64,000 bases of DNA from an uncultured Acidobacteriaceae bacterium (GTDB taxonomy: Bacteria; Acidobacteriota; Terriglobia; Terriglobales; Acidobacteriaceae): the NCBI GenBank assembly GCA_964437985.1, contig CAYTIL010000025.1, forward strand, positions 58,669-122,668. The letters are read 5' to 3'. Positions within the stretch are counted from its first letter, which is position 1; each line of letters begins with the position of its first letter. Position numbers and translations under genes: made by a program. The notes under the pieces were generated by a model. That model had not been told where the DNA came from, ran no database searches, and was given only the letters and a program-made list of their open reading frames with translations. Shown one piece after another: positions 17,692 through 26,164 of this stretch.

Positions 17692-18840
17692 ATGCTGGAA
17701 GCAACGCGCGCCGGACGGCCGCTCACGCGCGAAGCCGCGTGCCGCCTCATCCGATGCGCGGACGACGAACTCCCCGCGCTGCTCGCAGCGGCGGTTGAAC
17801 GCAAGCAGCGTTTCAAGCCAGGCGTGATCACTTATTCCCCCAAGGTCTTCCTGCCGCTCACCAATTTGTGCCGTGACTACTGCGGCTACTGCACTTTCCG
17901 CCGCGATCCCGGCCAGCCGGGCGCGCACACCATGGCTCCGGAGGAAGTCCTGGAGGTGGCTCGCGCGGGCGAGCGCCTGGGCTGCCGCGAAGCGCTCTTC
18001 AGCCTGGGCGACAAGCCGGAGCGCGCCTTTCCCGAAATGCGGGCCACTCTGAAAAAACTCGGCTACCGCTCGACGCTGCATTATCTGGAAGCGATGTGTG
18101 AGCTGGTGCTGCGCGAAACCTCGCTGTTGCCACACGCCAACCCCGGATTGATGAGCGCCCAGTGGGTGCGAAGGCTGCGCAAGTTCTGTCCCAGCATGGG
18201 ATTGATGCTGGAAACGGTGGGCGGAGCTTTGCTCGCGCCCGGCGCCGCGCATGATCGCGCGCCCGACAAGGTCCCGGCGCGCCGCCTGGATACCGTCGCC
18301 GAAGCTGGCCGTCAGCAGGTGGCTTTCACCACCGGGCTGCTGATCGGGATTGGGGAGACGCTGGAAGACCGCGTGGATACGCTGCTGGCCATCCGCCATC
18401 TGCATCAGCGCTACGGTCACATCCAGGAAGTGATCGTGCAGAACTTCCGCGTCAAGCCGCAGATTCCCATGGCCCACTGGCCGGAGCCCTCGCGCGCCGA
18501 CATGCTGCGCACTGTGGCCGTGGCGCGGCTCCTACTTGGCGATATGAATTTGCAAGCGCCGCCTAACCTCTCGGCGCCCAACTATGCGGAGCTGCTGTCA
18601 GCGGGCATCAACGATTGGGGCGGGGTCTCGCCGCTCACGCCGGACTACATCAATCCGGAAGCGCCCTGGCCGCACCTCGACGAACTGGAGTGCCGCACTG
18701 CAGCGGCGGGCCAGCGGCTGAAGGCGCGGCTCACCGTCTATCCCGAATTTGTTCCGCAAGTGGTGGCGCGCGGCGGACTGCTGGCGCAGAAGGTGGCCGC
18801 GGCGGCCGACGCCGAGAGCTATGCGCGGAGGGCGGCGTGA
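17692..18840 (+). CDS. cofG: 7,8-didemethyl-8-hydroxy-5-deazariboflavin (FO) synthase subunit CofG, radical SAM
   Basis: Radical SAM CxxxCxxC motif CRDYCGYC and CofG-specific downstream regions. The start was taken at the internal ATG (MLEATRAGRPL) after the cupin stop at 17597. The ORF track begins at 17548. Confidence 0.85.
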   Translation: MLEATRAGRPLTREAACRLIRCADDELPALLAAAVERKQRFKPGVITYSPKVFLPLTNLCRDYCGYCTFRRDPGQPGAHTMAPEEVLEVARAGERLGCREALFSLGDKPERAFPEMRATLKKLGYRSTLHYLEAMCELVLRETSLLPHANPGLMSAQWVRRLRKFCPSMGLMLETVGGALLAPGAAHDRAPDKVPARRLDTVAEAGRQQVAFTTGLLIGIGETLEDRVDTLLAIRHLHQRYGHIQEVIVQNFRVKPQIPMAHWPEPSRADMLRTVAVARLLLGDMNLQAPPNLSAPNYAELLSAGINDWGGVSPLTPDYINPEAPWPHLDELECRTAAAGQRLKARLTVYPEFVPQVVARGGLLAQKVAAAADAESYARRAA

Positions 18841-19784
18841 TCGTTCTGCTCACCGGCGGCACCGGCGGCGCCAAGTTCCTCCAGGGGCTGATGCAGGTGG
18901 TCCCGCACGATCAGCTCACTTGCGTGGTCAATACCGGCGACGACTTCGAGTGCTGGGGCCTGCATGTTTCGCCGGACGTGGACTCCATCACCTACGCGCT
19001 CGCCGGAAAGCTGAGCCGCGAGCGCGGATGGGGCGTGGAGGGCGACACCTTCGAGTGCCTGGAAGCGATGCGCAGGCTGGGCGCGCCGGCGTGGTTTCAA
19101 ATCGGCGATCGCGACCTGGCGCTGCACGTCTTCCGGACGGAACAATTACGCGCCGGCCGGAGCCTCAGTCAGGTGACGGCAGAAGTGGCGCAGCAGATGG
19201 GAATCCGCGCGCGCGTTCTGCCCATGAGCGACCAGCGCGTGGAAACGCGCTTGACGACTCCGGACGGCGAACTGAGCTTCCAGGAATATTTTGTTCGCGA
19301 ACGTTACCGCGTGCCCGTCAGCTCGGTGCGTTTCGCCGGCGCAGAGCTCGCCCAGCCCGCGCCCGGAGTTGTGGAGGCAATCCTCCACGCGGGCGCGGTC
19401 ATCCTGGCGCCGAGTAATCCCGTGACCAGCATGGGTCCCATCCTGGCGGTGCCCGGCGTCCGCGAGGCGCTGCGGCAGACGCCGGCGCCGGTGGGCGCGG
19501 TGAGTCCCATCGTCGGAGGCGCCGCGGTGAGCGGTCCGGCGGCAGAGCTGATGCGCACCCAGGATCTACCGGCGTCCATCGCGGGAACGGCGAAGGCATA
19601 CGCGGATTTTCTCGATGTACTGATTGCCGATGAGCGCGACGCCGCGTCTGCCGCCGAGATTGAAGCTATGGGAATTCGCGTGCAGTGCACGGCGACCATC
19701 ATGAAGTCGGAGGCGGAAAAGGCCGCGCTGGCCGAAGCGGCGTTGCGTGCCCTACAGCCCCGAGGTTTGAAAGCGACGGCCTGA
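18837..19784 (+). CDS. cofD: 2-phospho-L-lactate transferase
   Basis: VIVLLTGGTGGAKFLQGL N-terminus typical of CofD/YvcK-like proteins. The GTG start overlaps the cofG stop (GTGA) with RBS ggaggg. It is in frame with track ORF 18615..19784. Confidence 0.85.
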   Translation: MIVLLTGGTGGAKFLQGLMQVVPHDQLTCVVNTGDDFECWGLHVSPDVDSITYALAGKLSRERGWGVEGDTFECLEAMRRLGAPAWFQIGDRDLALHVFRTEQLRAGRSLSQVTAEVAQQMGIRARVLPMSDQRVETRLTTPDGELSFQEYFVRERYRVPVSSVRFAGAELAQPAPGVVEAILHAGAVILAPSNPVTSMGPILAVPGVREALRQTPAPVGAVSPIVGGAAVSGPAAELMRTQDLPASIAGTAKAYADFLDVLIADERDAASAAEIEAMGIRVQCTATIMKSEAEKAALAEAALRALQPRGLKATA

Positions 19785-19788
19785 AGAC

Positions 19789-20442
19789 ATGATTCTTGTC
19801 CCCATCAAGAACCTGGAAGGCGCCAAGCAGCGGCTGTCGCCGGTGCTGGATGCGAACGAGCGCCGCGTTCTGGCTGCGGCCATGATGGAAGACGTGCTGG
19901 AGACGCTGGCTTCGTGGCATGCGCGGCCGCCGGTCGCCGTCGTCACCAGCGATGCGGTTGCCATTGCCCTGGCGCACCGCTACGGCTTCGAGATCATCGC
20001 CGAGCCGGATAATCGCAGCGAGACCGACGCCATCGCCGTGGCCACGCGCGTCGTGGCGGAACGCGGCTGGACGTTAGTCATCCCCGCCGACATTCCCCTG
20101 GTCGAAGCCGCGGAATTACAAAGCATCGTGGAGGCAGCGCCCGCCGTGGCGGGCTCGGTGCTGGTGCCGTCGGCGGATGGGCGTGGCACCAACGCGGTGT
20201 TGCGGCGGCCGGCGGCGCTGTTCCCCCTGCGCTTCGGTGACGACAGCTTTGCGCCCCACCGCCGCGCCGCCGAGGCCACGGGAACGGCGGTGGTCGTGCT
20301 CGAGCTCCCGGGAATCGCGCTGGATGTGGACCGGCCCGCCGATCTGGCCGAGCTGCTCGCACGCGGCGGCCACCGGCGCTCGCAGCGCCTGCTGCGCGCG
20401 TGGAACGTTGCTGAGCGGATGGCCGCGGCCCGCATCGCCTGA
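19789..20442 (+). CDS. cofC: 2-phospho-L-lactate guanylyltransferase
   Basis: 217 aa MobA-like nucleotidyltransferase (MILVPIKNLEGAKQRLSPVL…) in CofC position between cofD and cofE. Confidence 0.8.
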   Translation: MILVPIKNLEGAKQRLSPVLDANERRVLAAAMMEDVLETLASWHARPPVAVVTSDAVAIALAHRYGFEIIAEPDNRSETDAIAVATRVVAERGWTLVIPADIPLVEAAELQSIVEAAPAVAGSVLVPSADGRGTNAVLRRPAALFPLRFGDDSFAPHRRAAEATGTAVVVLELPGIALDVDRPADLAELLARGGHRRSQRLLRAWNVAERMAAARIA

Positions 20443-20448
20443 CCCGCC

Positions 20449-21201
20449 ATGGGCGAATTGCGCGCCATCCCGATCCGTGGCATCGGCGAGATCAAGCCTG
20501 GAGATGCCTTGGCCGACAAAGTCTTGAAGGCGCTGGCGCGGCAGAAGTTGCGCCTGGAGCGCGGCGACATCCTGGTAGTCACGCACAAGGTGGTTTCCAA
20601 AGCCGAAGGACAGGTGGTGCCGCTTCGTAAGGTGCAGCCGTCGCGCGTGGCCCGACGCTGGGCGAAGCGCCACCGTCTGGACGCGCGCGTGGTGGAGCTG
20701 GCGCTGGGGCAAGCCCGGCGCGTGGTGCGCATGCAGCGCGGAGTGCTGATCACGCAGACCCGGCACGGCTTGGTCTGCGCCAACAGCGGCGTCGACCTCT
20801 CCAACGTGGACGGAGGCCGCAGCGCGGTCCTGCCGCCTCGCGATCCCGACCGCTCCGCCGAGGAATTGAGGCAAGCGCTCCGGGAGCGCACCGGGCTCGA
20901 CATCCCGGTGATCATTACCGACAGCTTCGGGCGGCCGTGGCGCGAAGGACTGGCGGAAGTGGCCATCGGCCTGGCGGGGATGCGCGCGTTTCGCGACTAC
21001 CGCGGACGGCGCGACGCCGCGGGCTACAAGCTGCGCGCCACGTTGGAGGCCGTGGCCGACGAACTCGCCGCCTTGGCCGGCCTGGCCGGAGGAAAGCTTT
21101 CGCGCACGCCCGCGTGTATCATTCGAGGCTTCCCGTACTCCCAAGGCCGGGGACGCGCACGCGACTTGGTGCGCCCGGCAGCTCGGGATCTGTTTCGTTG
21201 A
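20449..21201 (+). CDS. cofE: Coenzyme F420-0:L-glutamate ligase
   Basis: 250 aa with the CofE signature (…ILVVTHKVVSKAEG…, …GLVCANSGVDLSN…, …PVIITDSFGRPWR…). Confidence 0.8.
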   Translation: MGELRAIPIRGIGEIKPGDALADKVLKALARQKLRLERGDILVVTHKVVSKAEGQVVPLRKVQPSRVARRWAKRHRLDARVVELALGQARRVVRMQRGVLITQTRHGLVCANSGVDLSNVDGGRSAVLPPRDPDRSAEELRQALRERTGLDIPVIITDSFGRPWREGLAEVAIGLAGMRAFRDYRGRRDAAGYKLRATLEAVADELAALAGLAGGKLSRTPACIIRGFPYSQGRGRARDLVRPAARDLFR

Positions 21202-21204
21202 CTA

Positions 21205-22437
21205 ATGCCCAGAACCGTCAGCAACGCGGAGTTGGAGAATTTCCCGGCGCGGAAGTGGCGCGAGGTAGAGCCGCTCATGAGCGCGGCCGTGCGCGCGGCG
21301 CTGGAGAAGGTGGAAAGATCGCGCGACGGCGGCTCGCTCTCCCGCAGCCAGTGCCTGTTGCTGGCCGAAGCCCAGGGCGACGATCTGCTCGGCCTGCTGC
21401 TGTTTGCCAACCGCCTGCGCCAGGAACTGGCGGGCGACACGGTGACCTACGTGGTCAACCGCAACATCAATTTCACCAACGTCTGTTTCGTGGGCTGCAA
21501 GTTCTGCGCCTTCAGCCGCGGGCCGCGGGAAGCGGATGCGTATTTCCTGTCCATGGAGGACATCGCGCGCAAGGCCACGGAAGCGTGGGATTGCGGCTCC
21601 ACCGAGGTCTGCATCCAGGGAGGCCTGCCCCGCAACCTGCCGCCCATGCACTATCGCGACATCCTGCGAGCGGTGAAGCAGGCCACGCCGCAGATGCACA
21701 TCCACGCCTTCTCGCCCATGGAGATCGTGTACGGAGTGGAACTCACGGGCATGCCGCTGGCCGAATATCTCAGCATGCTCAAGCAGAGCGGGCTGGACAC
21801 GCTGCCGGGCACGGCGGCGGAAATCCTCGATGACGAAGTGCGCGCCGTGCTCTCGCGCAATAAACTTTCCGCGCGGCAATGGCGCGAGGTCATCACCACC
21901 GCGCACCGCTGCGGCATCCGCAGCACTTCCACCATGATGTACGGGCACCGGGAAACTCCTGCGCACTGGGTGGACCAGTTGCTGCTGCTGCGGGAAATTC
22001 AGCGGGAAACCGGAGGCTTCACCGAGTTCGTGCCGCTGGGGTTCGTCCATCAGAACACGCTGCTGTTTCAGCAGGGACTGGCACGGCCCGGACCCACGCT
22101 CTCCGAGCATCTTCGCGTGCATGCGCTGGCGCGCGTTCTGCTTGCGGGCTCGATCTGCAATGTTCAGGTTTCGTGGGTGAAGCTGGACCTGAAAGTGTCG
22201 CAGCTCTGCATGCAGGCCGGCGCCAACGACTACGGCGGCACCCTGATGGAGGAAAACATATCGCGGCTTGCGGGCTCGACCGCCGGCCAGTACCTGAGTC
22301 CGGAAGAGTTCCAGCAGCGCATCCTCGCCCTGGGCCGCGTCCCGGCTGAGCGCAACACCACCTACACACGCCTGCGCTATCCGGGCAGCGGTGGCCGCGA
22401 ACAGCACCCGCTGGCAGCAGCCAAGGAGTGCGCGTGA
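21205..22437 (+). CDS. cofH: FO synthase subunit CofH (5-amino-6-(D-ribitylamino)uracil-L-tyrosine 4-hydroxyphenyl transferase), radical SAM
   Basis: Radical SAM motif CFVGCKFC and CofH-type C-terminal half. Confidence 0.85.
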   Translation: MPRTVSNAELENFPARKWREVEPLMSAAVRAALEKVERSRDGGSLSRSQCLLLAEAQGDDLLGLLLFANRLRQELAGDTVTYVVNRNINFTNVCFVGCKFCAFSRGPREADAYFLSMEDIARKATEAWDCGSTEVCIQGGLPRNLPPMHYRDILRAVKQATPQMHIHAFSPMEIVYGVELTGMPLAEYLSMLKQSGLDTLPGTAAEILDDEVRAVLSRNKLSARQWREVITTAHRCGIRSTSTMMYGHRETPAHWVDQLLLLREIQRETGGFTEFVPLGFVHQNTLLFQQGLARPGPTLSEHLRVHALARVLLAGSICNVQVSWVKLDLKVSQLCMQAGANDYGGTLMEENISRLAGSTAGQYLSPEEFQQRILALGRVPAERNTTYTRLRYPGSGGREQHPLAAAKECA

Positions 22438-23108
22438 GCCGGCGCATCGCGATTGTAGGCGGCACCGGGCCCGAAGGCCGCGGCCTGGCCGCGCGCTGGG
22501 CGCGCGCGGGAGACAGCGTCATCATTGGCTCGCGCGACGCCGAACGTGCCCGGCGCGCAGCGGAAGAGGTGGCGAAGCAAGCCGGCGCCTCGGGACGCGT
22601 GGAAGGCATGGCCAACGCCGACGCCGTGGCCGCCACCGACCTGGTGGTGCTCACGGTTCCCTTCTCCGCACACGCCGAAACGCTCCAACAACTGAAGACT
22701 GCGTTCCGGCCTGGGACGATTCTCCTGGATGCCACCGTGCCGCTGGCGGCGTCGGTAGGCGGACGCGCCACGCGCACCCTGGGGGTGTGGCAGGGTTCGG
22801 CTGCGGAACAAGCGGCGGAACTGGTTCCGGAAGGCGTCAAAGTGGTGGCCGCGTTCCAGAACGTCTCCCACGAATGGCTGCACGGTGAAGGTGTGGTGGA
22901 CTGCGACGTCATCGTGTGCAGCGACGACGCTGCCGCCCGCCAGTTGGGGCGCGCGCTGGCGGAGAAAATCCCCGGCGTGCGCGGCGTGGACGGCGGCCGC
23001 CTGGAGAACGCCCGCATCGTGGAGCAGTTGACCGCGCTGCTCATCGGCATCAACCTGCGCTACAAGGCCCACGCGGCCGGCCTGAGGATCACGGGCCTGC
23101 CCCTGTAG
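22434..23108 (+). CDS. npdG: NADPH-dependent F420 reductase
   Basis: Rossmann motif IAIVGGTGPEG and NpdG/Fno-type body. The GTG start overlaps the cofH stop and an RBS aaggag lies 5 nt upstream. The ORF track starts at 22428. Confidence 0.8.
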   Translation: MSRRIAIVGGTGPEGRGLAARWARAGDSVIIGSRDAERARRAAEEVAKQAGASGRVEGMANADAVAATDLVVLTVPFSAHAETLQQLKTAFRPGTILLDATVPLAASVGGRATRTLGVWQGSAAEQAAELVPEGVKVVAAFQNVSHEWLHGEGVVDCDVIVCSDDAAARQLGRALAEKIPGVRGVDGGRLENARIVEQLTALLIGINLRYKAHAAGLRITGLPL

Positions 23109-23190
23109 AGACGCAGCGTGCTGCGTCTCCTTTCCTGCGTCTCCCTTCTTACTTGCACCTCGCCGAGACGCCGCCAGCTACGTCTCTACC
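23104..23190. repeat. REPIN-like pair of family A REPs in inverted orientation (gtagagacgcagcgtgctgcgtctc ... gagacgccgccagctacgtctctac)
   Basis: Two GTAG-headed palindromic units facing each other about 35 nt apart, immediately after the npdG stop. Confidence 0.65.
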
Positions 23191-23301
23191 GAGGTACCCG
23201 CTCCGCAGGCCCTCAAGCCTCCCCTTCCACCCGCTGCACACTTTTTTGTGCTATCCCGCCTGTTTGATTTACAATTTGCGGCCTCAAGGCGGAGGTGGCA
23301 G

Positions 23302-23691
23302 ATGCCGAAGGCGAAACAGATTACGGTGTGGGTGGCGGACCGGCCCGGAGTGCTGGGCGCGGTGGCCGCGGCGCTGGGCGAGAAGAAGGTCAATGTTCAG
23401 GGATTCGTGGCCCATACCCAGGGAGACCAGGGAGCGATCCGGCTGGTAGTGGACAAGCCCGCGGCGGCCAAGAAGGCGCTCGCCGCCAAGGGCTGGAAGA
23501 CTTCCGAAGAAGACGTGGTGGCGGTGACCCTGGCCGACAAGCCGGGAGCGCTGGGCTCGGCTGCGTCCAGGCTGGGCAACGCCGGCATCAACATCCAGTA
23601 CGGCTACGTGGGTACCGCCAAGGGCGCGCGCAAGGCGAACTGCTATCTGGCGGTCAGCGACGCCGCGGCAGCCTTGAAAGCACTGCGCTAG
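23302..23691 (+). CDS. ACT domain-containing protein
   Basis: 129 aa from MPKAKQITVW with RBS ggaggtgg. It has two βαββαβ-like ACT segments (…VLGAVAAALGEKKVNVQGF…, …GALGSAASRLGNAGINIQYGY…). Confidence 0.6.
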   Translation: MPKAKQITVWVADRPGVLGAVAAALGEKKVNVQGFVAHTQGDQGAIRLVVDKPAAAKKALAAKGWKTSEEDVVAVTLADKPGALGSAASRLGNAGINIQYGYVGTAKGARKANCYLAVSDAAAALKALR

Positions 23692-23708
23692 GTTCCTTGC
23701 TGCAAGGT

Positions 23709-23785
23709 GTAGCCCGGCCGCCCCCGGCCGGGCCGCACCATCCTGCCGGTGTAAGGCCGTGTGGGGCCGGGTCTGCGACCCGGCC
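23709..23785. repeat. REP-like family B (gtagcccggccgcccccggccgggc, 23709..23733) plus a second hairpin ggccgggtctgcgacccggcc (23765..23785)
   Basis: Read directly. It lies between the ACT gene stop and the convergent minus-strand gene that ends at 23804. Confidence 0.65.
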
Positions 23786-23803
23786 ATCGCCCCAGCCACG
23801 ACT

Positions 23804-24307
23804 CTAGATGGGCGGGCTGTCGTGGGCGTCGAAGACTTCTTCTTCCAGCTCCGCGCCGGGCAGGCTCTCCAGCAGGCGCACGCAGCGGTTCCAGCGCAGG
23901 ATGGCATCGTCGTTGGCGGCCGGGCGGATCTTCTCCGCTTCGGCGAAGCGGCGCATGGCCTCCTCGAGGAGCGGCATCAGCGACGCCAGCGGGCGCCCGG
24001 CGCGCAATTGCGTCTTGGCCTTGCGCTCGTAAAGCAATCCGGTGAAATACAAGCGCTCGTAGGGATCGGTGAGCGCGTTCAGCAGTCCTTCCGCCTCAGA
24101 GAAGCGGTCGGTGGGATCGCCGGTGAACTGGTCGGTGATGGTCATGGCGAGCAGCCGCACCGCCATCTGGTGATCGGGCGCCACCGCCAGGATGTCCCGG
24201 CAAATGGACTCCGCCTCCTCCGGCTCGTTCAGGTAGCGGTAGAGCTGAATGCGGTTAATCGCCTGCGTGATTCCGTCCTTCGAAATGGGCTTGAGTTTCA
24301 GTTCCAT
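23804..24307 (-). CDS. Hypothetical helical protein
   Basis: 167 aa from MELKLKPISK with RBS ggagag 6 nt upstream. No recognisable catalytic motif. The ORF-track N-terminal extension to 24394 overlaps frdD. Confidence 0.45.
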   Translation of the reverse strand: MELKLKPISKDGITQAINRIQLYRYLNEPEEAESICRDILAVAPDHQMAVRLLAMTITDQFTGDPTDRFSEAEGLLNALTDPYERLYFTGLLYERKAKTQLRAGRPLASLMPLLEEAMRRFAEAEKIRPAANDDAILRWNRCVRLLESLPGAELEEEVFDAHDSPPI

Positions 24308-24323
24308 AGGGACTCTCCAGCGG

Positions 24324-24689
24324 CTAGGCGAAATTCCACAGCAGGTAGCCCGCAACCACCGTTCCAACGATCGCGCCGCCGTAACAGAATACAAAGATTA
24401 CCTCATTCAGGTGCTTGATTTGCAGGCCGTCATAAAGCGTGAAGCGAAAGCGGTGCGCCCAGTGGAAAAGCGGCAGCGAGCACAGCACGAACAGATAGAG
24501 CCGCGCGAAGGGGTGAGCAACCAGTTCGCGCAGGTGGTTGTAGGCGGGCGGGTCGATCCAGCCCAGCGGAAAGGCCAGTCCGAACAGAAACAGATGCACC
24601 GGCAGCAGGAAGGCCGCTACCACGCCGCCGGCGCTGAATAGTCCCCAGAAGAAAGGGTCGTTGGATCGTCCTGGCGTGCGCTTTCCCAT
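24324..24689 (-). CDS. frdD: Fumarate reductase membrane anchor subunit D
   Basis: DPFFWGLFSAGGVVAAFLLPV… aligns with the E. coli FrdD N-terminus ([21 protein letters not shown]). Confidence 0.75.
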   Translation of the reverse strand: MGKRTPGRSNDPFFWGLFSAGGVVAAFLLPVHLFLFGLAFPLGWIDPPAYNHLRELVAHPFARLYLFVLCSLPLFHWAHRFRFTLYDGLQIKHLNEVIFVFCYGGAIVGTVVAGYLLWNFA

Positions 24690-25091
24690 CTATCCTCGCA
24701 AAAGAAACCAGACCACAACCGCGGAAACACCGAGCCAGCCAACATAGTTGGGCGCGGCAATGAGCGCGTCGGGGACGCGCTTGCCGCGCACCCGCACGGC
24801 CATGGCGCTGGGCGCCAGGTTGAACCAGGTGATGGTGTGGTAGAGCACAAACAGCAGACTCACTCCATTCACCGCGACCAGCGCCGGCGTGCGCAGCCAG
24901 TCCTGCAGCTCGGCCAGCGCATGCGGGCCGTCCGCCAGGGCACGCACCAGGAGCAAGGTGAGCGCCACCGTCCAGGCCACGAAGATGCTGGTCATCTCGC
25001 GCAGGATGAAGCGCATGTAGGGCCAGCCCGCCAGCCACCAGTAGGTGGAAACGCGCTTGCGATACCAGCGGGGATGGAACTCGGTTGACAT
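24690..25091 (-). CDS. frdC: Fumarate reductase membrane anchor subunit C
   Basis: RKRVSTYWWLAGWPYMRFILREMTSIFVAW aligns with E. coli FrdC ([29 protein letters not shown]). Confidence 0.75.
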   Translation of the reverse strand: MSTEFHPRWYRKRVSTYWWLAGWPYMRFILREMTSIFVAWTVALTLLLVRALADGPHALAELQDWLRTPALVAVNGVSLLFVLYHTITWFNLAPSAMAVRVRGKRVPDALIAAPNYVGWLGVSAVVVWFLLRG

Positions 25092-25127
25092 CGGCCTTTT
25101 GCCTTTTTTACTTTTTACTTTTGCCTT

Positions 25128-25886
25128 TCACTTCCTGCCCCATGGCATCACAAACGCCTTGAACCACTCGGCGGCGGCGGTGAGCTTGTATTGTTGGATG
25201 GCGCCGGCCGGGTCCACGTGTTTGGGGCAGACGCGGGTGCACTCACCCACGAACGTGCAACCCCAGATGCCCTCATGGTCGCTCAGTTCCTCCAGGCGTT
25301 CGTGGGCGCCCTGGTCGCGCGAATCCTTGTTATAACGCTGCGCCAGCGCCAGCGCCGCCGGCCCGATGAATTGCGCGTCCAGCCCGACGACCGGACACGC
25401 GGAGTAGCACAGCATGCAGTTGATGCACATGGAGAACTGCTTGTAGGTCTCGAGCTGCTCGGGCGTCTGCAGGTATTCGCCTTCGGCCAGCGGTTTCTCC
25501 TGCTTGCGGATCAGCCACGGCTTGGCCCGGCGGAGCTTGGAGACGAAGTCGGCAACATCAGTCACCAGATCGCGAACCACGGGGAAGAAGCGCAGGGGCT
25601 CCACGCGCACCACGTTCTTCTTCTGGTAGTGAGAGAGAAAGGTGGCGCAGGTGAGCTTGGGCTCGCCGTCCACCATCATGCCGCAGGATCCGCAGATGCC
25701 CATGCGGCACGACCAGCGGTAGGAAAGCGTGCCATCGACGCGGTCTTTGATGTAGTTGAGTGCGTCCAGCACCACCCATTCTTTGCGATAGGGAACCTCG
25801 AAGCGCTCAAAGCGCGGTTCGGCGTCGCGCTCCGGTGAGTAGCGCGCGATTTCGACCAGGATGGTATCGGAAGTTCGGACGGGCAT
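25128..25886 (-). CDS. frdB: Succinate dehydrogenase/fumarate reductase iron-sulfur subunit
   Basis: It has a 2Fe-2S region ([15 protein letters not shown]) and 4Fe-4S/3Fe-4S regions ([25 protein letters not shown]). The start was taken at the ATG at 25886 ([19 protein letters not shown]) rather than the TTG-extended track start 25910. Confidence 0.9.
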   Translation of the reverse strand: MPVRTSDTILVEIARYSPERDAEPRFERFEVPYRKEWVVLDALNYIKDRVDGTLSYRWSCRMGICGSCGMMVDGEPKLTCATFLSHYQKKNVVRVEPLRFFPVVRDLVTDVADFVSKLRRAKPWLIRKQEKPLAEGEYLQTPEQLETYKQFSMCINCMLCYSACPVVGLDAQFIGPAALALAQRYNKDSRDQGAHERLEELSDHEGIWGCTFVGECTRVCPKHVDPAGAIQQYKLTAAAEWFKAFVMPWGRK

Positions 25887-25890
25887 GTCG

Positions 25891-26100
25891 TTAGGGCTGA
25901 TGCTTAGCAATCAGTTCGCGGACGACCGGCACCAGTTCGTGAGGAACTTCCATCACGACGTGGCCCTTGTCTTCCCAAAGGCCGCCTCGTCCTCCGCCAC
26001 CGCTTCTTCTTCCGTTTGCTCCGCGTAGTGGGACCGGACACGTCGAACTCGCTCCTCATCCCAGCCCGCGGGAAATTTACTTTGCCTCATTTCTGCCTCT
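25891..26100 (-). pseudogene. Small conserved-looking ORF in the frdA-frdB spacer, interrupted by a frameshift
   Basis: ATG 26100 with RBS agagg 7 nt upstream encodes MRQSKFPAGWDEERVRRVRSHYAEQTEEEAVAEDEAAFGKTRATS*. A second frame continues as …[27 protein letters not shown] and ends 4 nt before the frdB start. Both pieces look protein-like, which suggests one ~66 aa gene with a +1/-2 frame error near gcggcctttgggaagac. Confidence 0.3.
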
Positions 26101-26164
26101 TCTTACGCCTGCGCCGACGATACGCCATGAGCGGCTTCCCCTTCAACTCGTGCGCGAGTATCCA

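Noticed and set aside
16077-17831. 584 aa minus-strand ORF across the membrane-protein/cupin/cofG region
   Set aside because: Antisense artefact. It spans three independently supported plus-strand genes and the REP doublet.
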